A stretch of 64,000 bases of DNA from an uncultured Clostridia bacterium (GTDB lineage: Bacteria; Bacillota; Clostridia; Christensenellales; UBA1242). Shown here piece after piece: positions 9,772 to 18,949 of the stretch. The notes beneath the pieces are model-generated. The model was not told the origin of the DNA. It was given only the letters and a program-made list of their open reading frames with translations, and made no database searches. Numbering within the stretch: position 1 is the stretch's first letter; each line of letters begins with the position of its first letter. Where the stretch lies: positions 430,869-494,868 of the forward strand of contig CAKVLP010000001.1 of assembly GCA_934757825.1 (NCBI GenBank), written 5' to 3'. The translations under genes were made by a program, and so were the position numbers.

Positions 9772-9958
9772 CTCGGCAAGTACTAACGATACACTTGTTT
9801 GATACAGGCTGTCACGCCCAGTGACCCGAGAACTAACTCGGCAAGTATTAGCGATACACCTGTTTGACATAGTCTGTGCGACAGCACCCAAGAACTGACT
9901 TAGCAAGTGCTAACGATACACTCGTTTGACACTGTCCGTGCGACCAGCACTTAGTAGA
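9772..9958. repeat. Three tandem copies of a ~62-65-bp unit (CTCGGCAAGTACTAACGATACAC...)
   Basis: Units start at 9772, 9837 and 9899. The 5' half of each unit is conserved (CT[CT][GA]GCAAGT[AG][CT]TA[AG]CGATACAC[TC][TC]GTTTGA[TC]A), while the 3' half diverges but each copy keeps a short hairpin. Confidence 0.85.
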
Positions 9959-10754
9959 GTTTTGGAAGGAGCCATAATACAAAACGTTTTGGCACAAGCC
10001 TGTTAAGAAAAGCATAAACCTTGTACTCAAAACCAACCAAATTGCTAGGAGGCGGATTTTTCTTGTTGCTCACCTTGTAAATCACTTTCGCAACCTTTTC
10101 GGGCGTCATTCCTTTTTGTTCAAACTTTTCCATACGCCCGACAGATGTGTTTTCCTTTTGATAAACATTGCCGGTGTCGTTTTGCTGTTTTTCACGAGCC
10201 TGCGTAAACCCAGTTTTCGTGTCGCCTGGAGTAACGGCACATACCCTTATGCCAAAGTCTTTCACTTCGACCCTAAGCGAATGCGTAAACATTTCAAGCG
10301 CAGCCTTGCTGGACGCATAAAACGCTTGATATGGCATAGGGAAAATCGCACCAGCAGGGGAGGTGATGTTGATGATGCACCCGCCTTTTTGCTCACGCAT
10401 TATTGGCAAAACCGCCTTTGTCATACGCACCGCACCCATAAAGTTTACGTCCATTTGCTTTTGGATACTCTCCAAACTGCAAAACTCAACTGACCCAGAT
10501 ATCCCGAAGCCTGCGATGTTTAGAAGCACATCAATACGCCCTTCTTTTTCGCGGACATAGTTAACACACCTTTCCACATCATCTTGATTTGTTATGTCGC
10601 CTTGAAGACAAACAATGTTTTCAAGGTTGTATTCTTGAAGAGCCATTCCATACACTTTGTCGCCCATTTCGGCAAACTTGATTGCGGTCGCTTTTCCAAT
10701 CCCGCTGGACGCGCCAGTGACCAAAACAACTCTTGTAACTTTTTCTTTACTCAT
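9951..10754 (-). CDS. Short-chain dehydrogenase/reductase (SDR) family oxidoreductase
   Basis: 267 aa with the TGASSGIGKA cofactor-binding motif and the YASSKAA (YxxxK) catalytic motif. Confidence 0.85.
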   Translation of the reverse strand: MSKEKVTRVVLVTGASSGIGKATAIKFAEMGDKVYGMALQEYNLENIVCLQGDITNQDDVERCVNYVREKEGRIDVLLNIAGFGISGSVEFCSLESIQKQMDVNFMGAVRMTKAVLPIMREQKGGCIINITSPAGAIFPMPYQAFYASSKAALEMFTHSLRVEVKDFGIRVCAVTPGDTKTGFTQAREKQQNDTGNVYQKENTSVGRMEKFEQKGMTPEKVAKVIYKVSNKKNPPPSNLVGFEYKVYAFLNRLVPKRFVLWLLPKLY

Positions 10755-10904
10755 AGTTTCCTCGCTTTTTATATGGATATTATAATAGAAAAAGCAAAAC
10801 TCGCAAAGTGAATTTTGATATACTTGACAAAAACGCGGACAAAATTATTGATTTTTAACGCATTTTAGAGTACAATAATCTTTGCAAAAACAAAGGAGAA
10901 AAAT

Positions 10905-11534
10905 ATGAAAAAGAAATACGATTTTAAGAAAGAATTTTGCGGATTTTTTAGCGATTTTAAAAAGTTTATCTCCAAAGGCAACATTGTCGATATGGCTGTC
11001 GGCGTTATCGTTGGCGGTGCGTTTAGCACAATTGTGACCGCGCTTACAAACAAAATTTTGATGCCACTTATCAACTTGCTTTTGTCGGCAGGCGGAGAAA
11101 ACGGGCTTGAAAAAGCATACACAATCCTAAAACCCGTGTACGACGCAAACAACGAACTTGATTTGACTAAGAGTATCTACATTGATTGGGGCGCATTTAT
11201 AACCGCTATTATCAACTTCTTCATTATTGCGTTTGTGTTGTTCCTAATCATTAGGGCAATGATGAAAGCGTCACTTATGGTCGATGATGCAGTAAAACTT
11301 AGCAAAAAAGAGAGTAGAGAAGAGCGCAAAATGATAAGAGCGCAGGCTAAGGCAGAGGGGCGCCCATACAAAGAAGTTTGGGCAGAACACGAAGAACGAA
11401 AAGAAGCCGAGATGGCAGAAAAAGCGCGTATCGCCGAAGCAAACAAACCTAAAATTGAAAGCCAAGAAGATATATTGAAAGACATTAGAACTTTGCTTAT
11501 CGCACAAGCAGAGAAGACCCAAGATAAGGAATAA
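10905..11534 (+). CDS. mscL: Large-conductance mechanosensitive channel with a long charged C-terminal extension
   Basis: KGNIVDMAVGVIVGGAFSTIVTALTNKILMPLI is the canonical MscL TM1 region. At 209 aa it carries a ~70-aa Lys/Glu/Ala-rich tail. Confidence 0.85.
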   Translation: MKKKYDFKKEFCGFFSDFKKFISKGNIVDMAVGVIVGGAFSTIVTALTNKILMPLINLLLSAGGENGLEKAYTILKPVYDANNELDLTKSIYIDWGAFITAIINFFIIAFVLFLIIRAMMKASLMVDDAVKLSKKESREERKMIRAQAKAEGRPYKEVWAEHEERKEAEMAEKARIAEANKPKIESQEDILKDIRTLLIAQAEKTQDKE

Positions 11535-11558
11535 TATTTAGGTTGCACGAAATAAAAA

Positions 11559-11583
11559 ACACTTGAATTTCAAGTGTTTTTTT
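11559..11583. terminator. Bidirectional terminator between convergent mscL and the GNAT gene
   Basis: Stem ACACTTGA/TCAAGTGT flanked by A- and T-runs. Confidence 0.6.
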
Positions 11584-11607
11584 CATAGTCCGATTAAATA
11601 CTAGCGA

Positions 11608-12222
11608 CTAAATTTTGTTTCTAAATGGATTTCTCTTTGCGTACTTAAAATCTTTTCTCTCTGTGTGTCGCATATCTTTAAGCGCAATTAGTTGGTCGGG
11701 ATTAACCTTAGACTCAATCACTTTGTAGCCGTTTTGCCTAAAAAATCTCTCGCTTCGATAGTTTTTCTTGTGAACTTCGGCGGACACACAACTGTGACCT
11801 AGCGAATGCTCCTCAATGTATTTAAGCAAACTGCTTGCAACTCCCATACCTTGCATAGATTTTTTCACGCCAATTTGCAAAATGTGTAGGTCGCTTCCTT
11901 CTTCGTTTTTTCTAACATGTTGACCACTGTCAAGCGAGCAAAACCCAGCAAATTCGCCGTTTACATAAGCGAAAATTAAGTGCTCGGCATAATCGCGAAT
12001 AAGGCTGTTGTCGCGTAGGAATCCGCCTTTTAATTGGTGGTGTTCGTTTATAACCGTGCGCGCCAAATTCATTGATTCCTTGTTAATGGCGGTCTCTCTA
12101 ATGCCGATTGTTGTGACTTTTTCCTCGCCCAACGAGTTTTTGATGCAAGTGTATTTTTCGTCGTATTTCATTATTTTCTTTTCGTAATAATTTCTCAAGT
12201 CTTCTAGTTCTTGTGAACTCAT
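11608..12222 (-). CDS. GNAT-family N-acetyltransferase
   Basis: 204 aa. LQIGVKKSMQGMGVASSLLKYI matches the acetyl-CoA-binding motif A (Q/RxxGxG/A). Confidence 0.7.
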   Translation of the reverse strand: MSSQELEDLRNYYEKKIMKYDEKYTCIKNSLGEEKVTTIGIRETAINKESMNLARTVINEHHQLKGGFLRDNSLIRDYAEHLIFAYVNGEFAGFCSLDSGQHVRKNEEGSDLHILQIGVKKSMQGMGVASSLLKYIEEHSLGHSCVSAEVHKKNYRSERFFRQNGYKVIESKVNPDQLIALKDMRHTERKDFKYAKRNPFRNKI

Positions 12223-12334
12223 CTTCCTCTCACCTCGCTAAAAATAGTATAACATAATAGCGACCATATTTCAAGGGGTAAATTTGCTTGCGACAACGCG
12301 ATGTTTTGATGTAAGATAAGTAAAAGGAATTGAT

Positions 12335-13042
12335 ATGGATTTAATTAAAACCAATTGGACGGAAAAAGACGTTAGGGGCTTAAAAACCTACTTAAAAAGC
12401 ATCGGAAATCCCGAAAAAGAAAAGTGGACGAGAAGGGTTATAAACACTCAAATGCCTATGTATGTAATTAAAATGCCACCACTTAGACAAATCGCAAACG
12501 AGATAGCAAAAGGAGATATTGAGAGTTATCTAAAACTCTTTCCTAACGAGTCGTACGAGGAGTGTGTTATCTTAGGTTTTTTAATCCCCAAAATTAAGGA
12601 TTTTAAAACGCTAAAAACAACCTTAATTAAGTACGGGCAATTGGTAGACAATTGGTCGAATTGTGACCAGTTAAAGTTTAGGATAGACAACAATAACGCC
12701 CTTGAGTTTTTCCAAATGGCGACCGAGTTTTTGGAGTCGAAGTATACTTACGTGCGAAGAATAGGGGTTATTATCCTATTTGACTTTGTTAAGTTTGACG
12801 AATATGTGGAGCGGGTTTTTGAAAACATAATGACACTAAAAAACGACCAAGAATACTACGTAAATATGGCTGTCGCTTGGCTTGTGGCAGAGATGTTTAT
12901 AAAAAGACGGGAGGAGACTTTGGAGTTTTTAAAAACCGACCCGCTTAACGCTTTTGCCGTCAACAAAGCAGTGCAAAAATGTCGCGATAGTTTTAGAGTG
13001 AGCGCGTCCGACAAGGAAATGCTACTTCAATTTAAGAAGTGA
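12335..13042 (+). CDS. DNA alkylation repair protein (AlkD-like HEAT-repeat family)
   Basis: 235 aa, all-helical. Overall resemblance to the DNA_alkylation family (WTRRVINTQ..., VAWLVAEMF...). Recognised by memory only. Confidence 0.55.
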   Translation: MDLIKTNWTEKDVRGLKTYLKSIGNPEKEKWTRRVINTQMPMYVIKMPPLRQIANEIAKGDIESYLKLFPNESYEECVILGFLIPKIKDFKTLKTTLIKYGQLVDNWSNCDQLKFRIDNNNALEFFQMATEFLESKYTYVRRIGVIILFDFVKFDEYVERVFENIMTLKNDQEYYVNMAVAWLVAEMFIKRREETLEFLKTDPLNAFAVNKAVQKCRDSFRVSASDKEMLLQFKK

Positions 13043-13254
13043 TTTTAAAGGCGTAATAAATATGATTTTATCTGTACTTTGCGCTATATGGAACAATATA
13101 AAAGTAAATATAAGAGAATATAATTCTCTTTTTTCTTGACTATGGTTTCAAAAATCACTAAAATCATATAGCAAAATTATTTTAATATTTATTGTAAATC
13201 TTTATTGAGGTTAATGAATATATATTTAAGGTTTTTTAATTTTAAGGAGGAAGA

Positions 13255-15003
13255 ATGTTTAACGTCATTTTTAAGAATTTCAAGAAAAGTGAATGGTTAT
13301 CAATCCTTTTAGTTGTGGTGTTTATCGTGGGTCAGGTGTGGCTTGACCTAAAACTTCCCGACTATATGCAGGAGATAACCGTGCTCATCAACAACGGCAC
13401 CGCGACGGTTGGCAAGGTGTTCGCGTCGGGTGGAATGATGCTACTTTGCGCCGTGGGAAGCGCGCTTATGTCGATTGCAGTCGGCTTTGTTGTGGCTAGG
13501 CTTTCGGCGACTGTTTCGGCAAGGCTTAGAGCGCAAGTTTTTGGAAAAGTGCTAGGATATAGCCATAGCGAAATTAGCAAATTTTCAACATCAAGTCTAA
13601 TTACGCGTTCCACCAACGATATCTCGCAAATCCAAGGCTTTATCGCAATGGGAATGCAGTCCACAATCAAAGCGCCAATTTTGGCAGTATGGGCGATATG
13701 CAAGATAGCAAACAAAAGTTGGCAGTGGAGTACGGCGACAGCAGTTACAATCGGTATACTTTTGGTGGCGGTAATAACAATGTTGTTGCTGGTTTTGCCA
13801 AGGTTTAAGAAAATCCAAACCTTGACCGACAATCTTAACAACGTGACCCGCGAAAACTTAACAGGTGTGCGAGTTGTGAGGGCTTACAATGCCGAGGGTT
13901 ATGAGGAAGAAAAGTTTGAAAAAGTAAACAAGGACATTACGTCCAATCACTTGTTTAGCCAGCGAATTATGTCAATTCTTAATCCGCTTATGACACTTTT
14001 AATGAGCGGGCTTAGCCTTGCGATATATTGGATTGGCGCAAATATTATCAATGAGGCGCCACTTGCCAACAAGGCGGTTTTGATGGGCGATATGGTCGTA
14101 TTCTCAGCATACGCTATGCAAGTGGTTATGGCGTTTATGATGCTTATAATCATATTCGTTATGACTCCAAGAACAATGGTGTCGGCGCGCCGTCTAAATG
14201 AGGTTTTGACCACCGAGTCGACTATTATCGACGGCGACGGAAATGTGACCCCAGTAGGCGAGGGCGAAGTGGAGTTTAAGCATGTTTGCTTTAAATATCC
14301 TAATGCCGACGAATATGTGTTAAAGGACATTAGTTTCACCGCTAAAAAGGGCGAAACGGTGGCAGTTATCGGCTCGACTGGTTGCGGGAAGAGTACACTT
14401 ATCAACCTTGTTCCAAGGTTTTATGACGCGACCGAGGGTAGTGTGCTACTTGACGGCGTAAATGTTAAGGATTACAAACTTAAAGATTTGCACAACAAGA
14501 TTGGATATATCTCGCAAAAAGCAGTTATGTTTGCGGGCACAGTCGAAAGCAATATTTCGCTAGGTGACTACATAAAAGAGCCTACAAAAGAGGATATGAT
14601 GGACGCCATCAACCTAGCACAAGCGGGCGATTTTGTTGCAAGCGAAGAGGATTTGCAAAAACCTATCGCTCAGGGAGGCCTTAACGTTTCGGGCGGTCAA
14701 AAGCAAAGACTAAGTATTGCAAGAGCACTTCTTAGAGCGCCAGAAGTTTTGATATTCGACGACACCTTTTCGGCGCTAGATTACAAGACCGATAAAAAAC
14801 TAAGAAAGGGCATTGAGAAAAAACTAAAAAATAGCACTTGTCTGATAGTCGCACAACGAATAGGCACCATTAAAAATGCCGACAAAATAATTGTGCTTGA
14901 AGACGGGGAAATCGTTGGAATGGGCAAACACGATGACCTGCTTAAAAACTGCAATGTCTACAAAGAAATTGCGTTGTCACAATTAAGCAAGGAGGAACTA
15001 TAA
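13255..15003 (+). CDS. ABC exporter, fused permease/ATPase (heterodimer subunit 1)
   Basis: 582 aa with six N-terminal TM helices, Walker A GSTGCGKST, signature VSGGQKQR and Walker B LIFDD. Confidence 0.85.
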   Translation: MFNVIFKNFKKSEWLSILLVVVFIVGQVWLDLKLPDYMQEITVLINNGTATVGKVFASGGMMLLCAVGSALMSIAVGFVVARLSATVSARLRAQVFGKVLGYSHSEISKFSTSSLITRSTNDISQIQGFIAMGMQSTIKAPILAVWAICKIANKSWQWSTATAVTIGILLVAVITMLLLVLPRFKKIQTLTDNLNNVTRENLTGVRVVRAYNAEGYEEEKFEKVNKDITSNHLFSQRIMSILNPLMTLLMSGLSLAIYWIGANIINEAPLANKAVLMGDMVVFSAYAMQVVMAFMMLIIIFVMTPRTMVSARRLNEVLTTESTIIDGDGNVTPVGEGEVEFKHVCFKYPNADEYVLKDISFTAKKGETVAVIGSTGCGKSTLINLVPRFYDATEGSVLLDGVNVKDYKLKDLHNKIGYISQKAVMFAGTVESNISLGDYIKEPTKEDMMDAINLAQAGDFVASEEDLQKPIAQGGLNVSGGQKQRLSIARALLRAPEVLIFDDTFSALDYKTDKKLRKGIEKKLKNSTCLIVAQRIGTIKNADKIIVLEDGEIVGMGKHDDLLKNCNVYKEIALSQLSKEEL

Positions 15004-15004
15004 T

Positions 15005-16798
15005 ATGCCAGGACCAATGAGAGCAGTAAACAAAGCAAAAGACTTTAAAAAGTCAACAAAAAGGCTGTTTAATTATAGTAAAAAACAAATTGTGTATGTA
15101 GTTGTCGCAACAATTTTGGCGGTTCTTAGCACGGTTCTAACCTTGATAGGCCCAAACAAACTTAGAGACATAACCAACATTATTGCCGAGCCGTTTGAGA
15201 TAGTTAGAAACACTCACGTTTGGACGGGAATTGATGTTAATGCGATATTAAAAATTGCAATATTCCTAGTTGTGATTTACGGAGTGAGCGCACTTTCTGG
15301 CTACGGTCAAGGATTTTTGATGAGCGGAGTTACGCAAAGAGTGTCAAAGCGAATGCGTGGCGACATCTCCAAAAAAATAAACCGCCTGCCACTAAAATAT
15401 CTTGACTCAACTCCTTATGGCGACGTGTTAAGCCGTGTGACCAACGACGTTGACACCGTTTCGCAATCGCTTAACAATAGCATAACAACACTTGTAAGTT
15501 CCATAACTTTGTTTTTAGGTTCGGTAATTATGATGTTTGTGACCAACTGGATTATGGCAATCTCAGCCATTGTTTCGTCGCTAATAGGCGTGGGGATAAT
15601 GGGCATTGTTATGGCAAAATCACAAAAATACTTCAAACAACAACAAGAGGTTTTGGGCGCTTTGAACGGTCAGATTGAAGAGGCGTATTCGGGTCAAACA
15701 ATCATCAAGGCCTACAACGCCGAAAGGGAAGTGACCGAAAAATTTGTCGCCAAAAACAACGAACTATATAGTAGTGCGTGGAAATCGCAATTTTTAAGCG
15801 GGCTTATGGGGCCGTTAATGAACTTTGTGGGCAACTTCGGATATGTTGTGGTGTGCATAGTGGGTTCGGCGCTTGCCATAAATGGAAACATCTCATTCGG
15901 CGTAATTATCGCGTTTATGGTGTATGTAAGGCTATTTACTCAGCCACTTGCGCAAATGGCACAGTGCTTGACCAATGTTCAACAACTTGTCGCTGCAAGC
16001 GAACGTGTATTTGAATTTTTGGACGAAAAGGAAATGAGCAATGCTGAGCCTAAGGCACAACTTAAAGACGTTAAGGGCGAGGTTGAATTTAAAATTGTTA
16101 AGTTTGGCTACAACCCCGACAAAACAATTATCCACGATTTTAGCGCTAAGATTAAGCCGGGTCAAAAGGTCGCAATAGTGGGACCAACTGGCGCGGGCAA
16201 AACCACGCTTGTAAACCTGCTAATGAGGTTTTACGAGATAGAAAGTGGCGAGATTTTAATAGACGGCATCAACATTCAAGATTTGTCGCGAGAAAATGTG
16301 CACGATTTATTTGGAATGGTTTTGCAAGACACCTGGTGCTTCAATGGCACAATAAAACAAAACATCATTTACTCAAAGCAAGGCGTGACCGACGAGCAAG
16401 TTGTTGACGCGTGTCGTGAGTGCGGATTGCATCACTTTATTAAGACCTTGCCTGAGGGTTATGACACAGTGCTTAGCGACAACACATCTATCTCCGCCGG
16501 TCAAAAACAACTTCTTACAATCGCCCGCGCAATGGTTCAAGATAATCCGATGTTGATTTTGGACGAGGCGACCAGTAGCGTGGATACAAGGACTGAGGTG
16601 CTTATCCAAAAAGCAATGGATAAACTTATGAAGGGTCGCACAACATTTGTAATTGCGCATAGACTGTCTACTATCAAAAATGCCGACTTAATCCTTGTAT
16701 TAAAAGACGGGGACATCGTGGAAAAAGGCAAACACGACGACCTATTAAAGCAAGGCGGTTTTTATGCCGAACTTTACAATAGTCAGTTTGAAGAATAA
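15005..16798 (+). CDS. ABC exporter, fused permease/ATPase (heterodimer subunit 2)
   Basis: 597 aa with Walker A GPTGAGKTT, signature ISAGQKQL and Walker B LILDEATS. The start lies 2 nt after the upstream stop. Confidence 0.85.
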   Translation: MPGPMRAVNKAKDFKKSTKRLFNYSKKQIVYVVVATILAVLSTVLTLIGPNKLRDITNIIAEPFEIVRNTHVWTGIDVNAILKIAIFLVVIYGVSALSGYGQGFLMSGVTQRVSKRMRGDISKKINRLPLKYLDSTPYGDVLSRVTNDVDTVSQSLNNSITTLVSSITLFLGSVIMMFVTNWIMAISAIVSSLIGVGIMGIVMAKSQKYFKQQQEVLGALNGQIEEAYSGQTIIKAYNAEREVTEKFVAKNNELYSSAWKSQFLSGLMGPLMNFVGNFGYVVVCIVGSALAINGNISFGVIIAFMVYVRLFTQPLAQMAQCLTNVQQLVAASERVFEFLDEKEMSNAEPKAQLKDVKGEVEFKIVKFGYNPDKTIIHDFSAKIKPGQKVAIVGPTGAGKTTLVNLLMRFYEIESGEILIDGINIQDLSRENVHDLFGMVLQDTWCFNGTIKQNIIYSKQGVTDEQVVDACRECGLHHFIKTLPEGYDTVLSDNTSISAGQKQLLTIARAMVQDNPMLILDEATSSVDTRTEVLIQKAMDKLMKGRTTFVIAHRLSTIKNADLILVLKDGDIVEKGKHDDLLKQGGFYAELYNSQFEE

Positions 16799-16842
16799 TA
16801 TATTTGATAATGGTTTGTTTGTAATCGCTTTATTTTAAAAAA

Positions 16843-16872
16843 ACTCTATCCAATAAAGATAGAGTTTTTTTT
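16843..16872. terminator. Bidirectional terminator
   Basis: Stem ACTCTATC/GATAGAGT flanked by A7 and T9. Confidence 0.6.
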
Positions 16873-18217
16873 AATCAACTTTTTTAATGTGGTCGGTTTT
16901 GTAATTTAGTTTTTTGTAAGCAAAATCGCCTTGTGTGTTTTTCTCAATTGAGGCAAGTGTAAGAGTGGTAAGTAGTAACACAAACAAGTCCATAGTAGGG
17001 GCTTGGTCGGTAAGACCAGTAAGTTCTATAAAAATTATTAACATTATTAAAAATGCGTTTTGAGCCGACGGGCGTGTAAAGCACACTTTGTATTTTTTGT
17101 AATAGAAGTACGCCACAATTATGGTGCCAATAACGCCCACACTTGTAAAGTATTGCAAAACTGTGTTGTGAGCAAGGATAATTTTGACCACTGTGTTAAG
17201 CGATGGGACTGTTTCGTCGCTTATAAATCCTACACCAAACCAAGGGTTTTCGGTAAACTTGTCCCAGCACCAAGGCCATAGGTAGTTTCGACCGTTTCCG
17301 CCCGAGCCAAACTTGGAAAGGATAGATCCGACTATTATCGACAAGTCTTTGCTAAACGCTATCACGAATAAGCACGTCACGGTTATCACTAGGGTGTATT
17401 GCACTTTGTTTTCGCTCGTTGCAAAACTGTAAGTGGTTAGCCCCACAAATGCAAGCCCCGCAAGCGCGATGTTCATTCGGCAGAAGCATAGGCACACCGA
17501 TAAGGCTAGGAATGTGGCAATAATGTAGTATAAGTAATCGTATTTGTTTTTGTGTCCAAGTCCGAATGCGGATAGCATTCCAAGGCATATAAAAAGTGAA
17601 ACCACATTGATGTTTTGTGCGCCGACTTGCGTCACTTTGCGGTCAATTATGGCGCTTAAAACGTCACCTGACGATATTAGCAAAATAATGGTTTCAATAG
17701 ATAGCGCAACTGCACCCGCCATAATGGTTTTTAGCAAAAACGGCTTTAAGTTTTCGCAAAAGTTGATGGCGATAAAGTAAAATAAATATGCCACAAGCAC
17801 CGCGCCCACCATCACAAGTTTTTCAAGTGGCCTTATCTTAAAGAAAAGCCCGCCTAGCAAAAATGCAACCGCTAGACACACAAATCCCCAAAACATATTG
17901 CCCTTTTGAAGGGTTAGTTTGTATTTGACTATGTGCTTTACTAGGTAGTAAATAAGGCTTAATATCAACAGCCCAAACGCGATAAAATAAACAATAAGGT
18001 GCGAGCGGTCAAAGTCGAATTGAATGAAAAATGAGATGTAGAGTATTGGTGCAAAGGCGTTTTTGATGTCGGTGCAAAACAAAAGCAAGGTAATCATATA
18101 GATTGCCGAGATTATAGCACATACGGTGCTTGCCTTGACACTCCAACATATTGTCAAAAGCAAAAATAGCACGTATATGGCATATTGAGATTGAATAATC
18201 TTTTTAAATTTTGCCAT
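16871..18217 (-). CDS. O-antigen ligase/polymerase-like (Wzy_C) membrane protein
   Basis: 448 aa with more than 10 TM helices. AHNTVLQYFTSVGVIGT resembles the Wzy_C H-N-x-x-L...G-x-x-G motif. Confidence 0.55.
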   Translation of the reverse strand: MAKFKKIIQSQYAIYVLFLLLTICWSVKASTVCAIISAIYMITLLLFCTDIKNAFAPILYISFFIQFDFDRSHLIVYFIAFGLLILSLIYYLVKHIVKYKLTLQKGNMFWGFVCLAVAFLLGGLFFKIRPLEKLVMVGAVLVAYLFYFIAINFCENLKPFLLKTIMAGAVALSIETIILLISSGDVLSAIIDRKVTQVGAQNINVVSLFICLGMLSAFGLGHKNKYDYLYYIIATFLALSVCLCFCRMNIALAGLAFVGLTTYSFATSENKVQYTLVITVTCLFVIAFSKDLSIIVGSILSKFGSGGNGRNYLWPWCWDKFTENPWFGVGFISDETVPSLNTVVKIILAHNTVLQYFTSVGVIGTIIVAYFYYKKYKVCFTRPSAQNAFLIMLIIFIELTGLTDQAPTMDLFVLLLTTLTLASIEKNTQGDFAYKKLNYKTDHIKKVD

Positions 18218-18351
18218 TATGTTTTTTAAACTGCCCTTAAAAATTTCTATAAATCAACAAATATGTCACAAGTATTATTTGACTTGTGACAAAGTAAATC
18301 GTTTTTACTTAAAAAATGGACGCCTAAAACTTTAAGGTGTCCATTAGTATT

Positions 18352-18897
18352 TTATTCCTCGTCAAAATCGGTCTGTTTTGGAACATTTTGGTTGTCCATC
18401 TTTCCGCGATAAACAACATATTTACAAAACAAAAATTCGGTTACAAAGTTTAAAATCATGGTTATTGCTAGCACGAGATATTCGTTCCAGTTTGCACCTG
18501 TTAGTGCGTCTCCGCCTAGAATGCTAAGCGGTGTAAACACAAGATAATATCCGAAAACTTCCAACATTGCAATCGGAATGTTTGCTGCCGACTTGAATGT
18601 GAATTTGCGGTTGAATGTAAAGTTCCATAGCACGCTAAGAGTAAGCGAGATCAGATAACTTGGCCAGTACGACCACTTTACAAGTTCGTTTAGAAGCGTA
18701 AACGATATGATTTGAATAATCCCCGCACTTAGCGAGAAAAACAAAAATTTTAGCGCGCGCATAAGTTCTATTCGCTTAGACGCAAATATCATAGCGGCGT
18801 CCTTTGGAGAAAGGTCCTCAGTTGTTTTTTCGATTTCCTCAATTTCTTGCTTATTCAGTAAATTTTCGTCCTTCATTTTGGACCTCACTTGTAACAA
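18352..18897 (-). CDS. GtrA-family membrane protein
   Basis: 181 aa with 4 TM helices. FTFNRKFTFKS is typical of the GtrA family. Confidence 0.6.
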   Translation of the reverse strand: MLQVRSKMKDENLLNKQEIEEIEKTTEDLSPKDAAMIFASKRIELMRALKFLFFSLSAGIIQIISFTLLNELVKWSYWPSYLISLTLSVLWNFTFNRKFTFKSAANIPIAMLEVFGYYLVFTPLSILGGDALTGANWNEYLVLAITMILNFVTEFLFCKYVVYRGKMDNQNVPKQTDFDEE

Positions 18898-18949
18898 TCA
18901 TTTAGGTTATTATATCATAATATATTTCTGTTACAAAGTGAAAATAACA

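Noticed and set aside
9772-9958. CRISPR array
   Set aside because: The ~63-bp units are directly adjacent with no unique spacers, there are only three copies, they are imperfect, and no cas genes are in the window.
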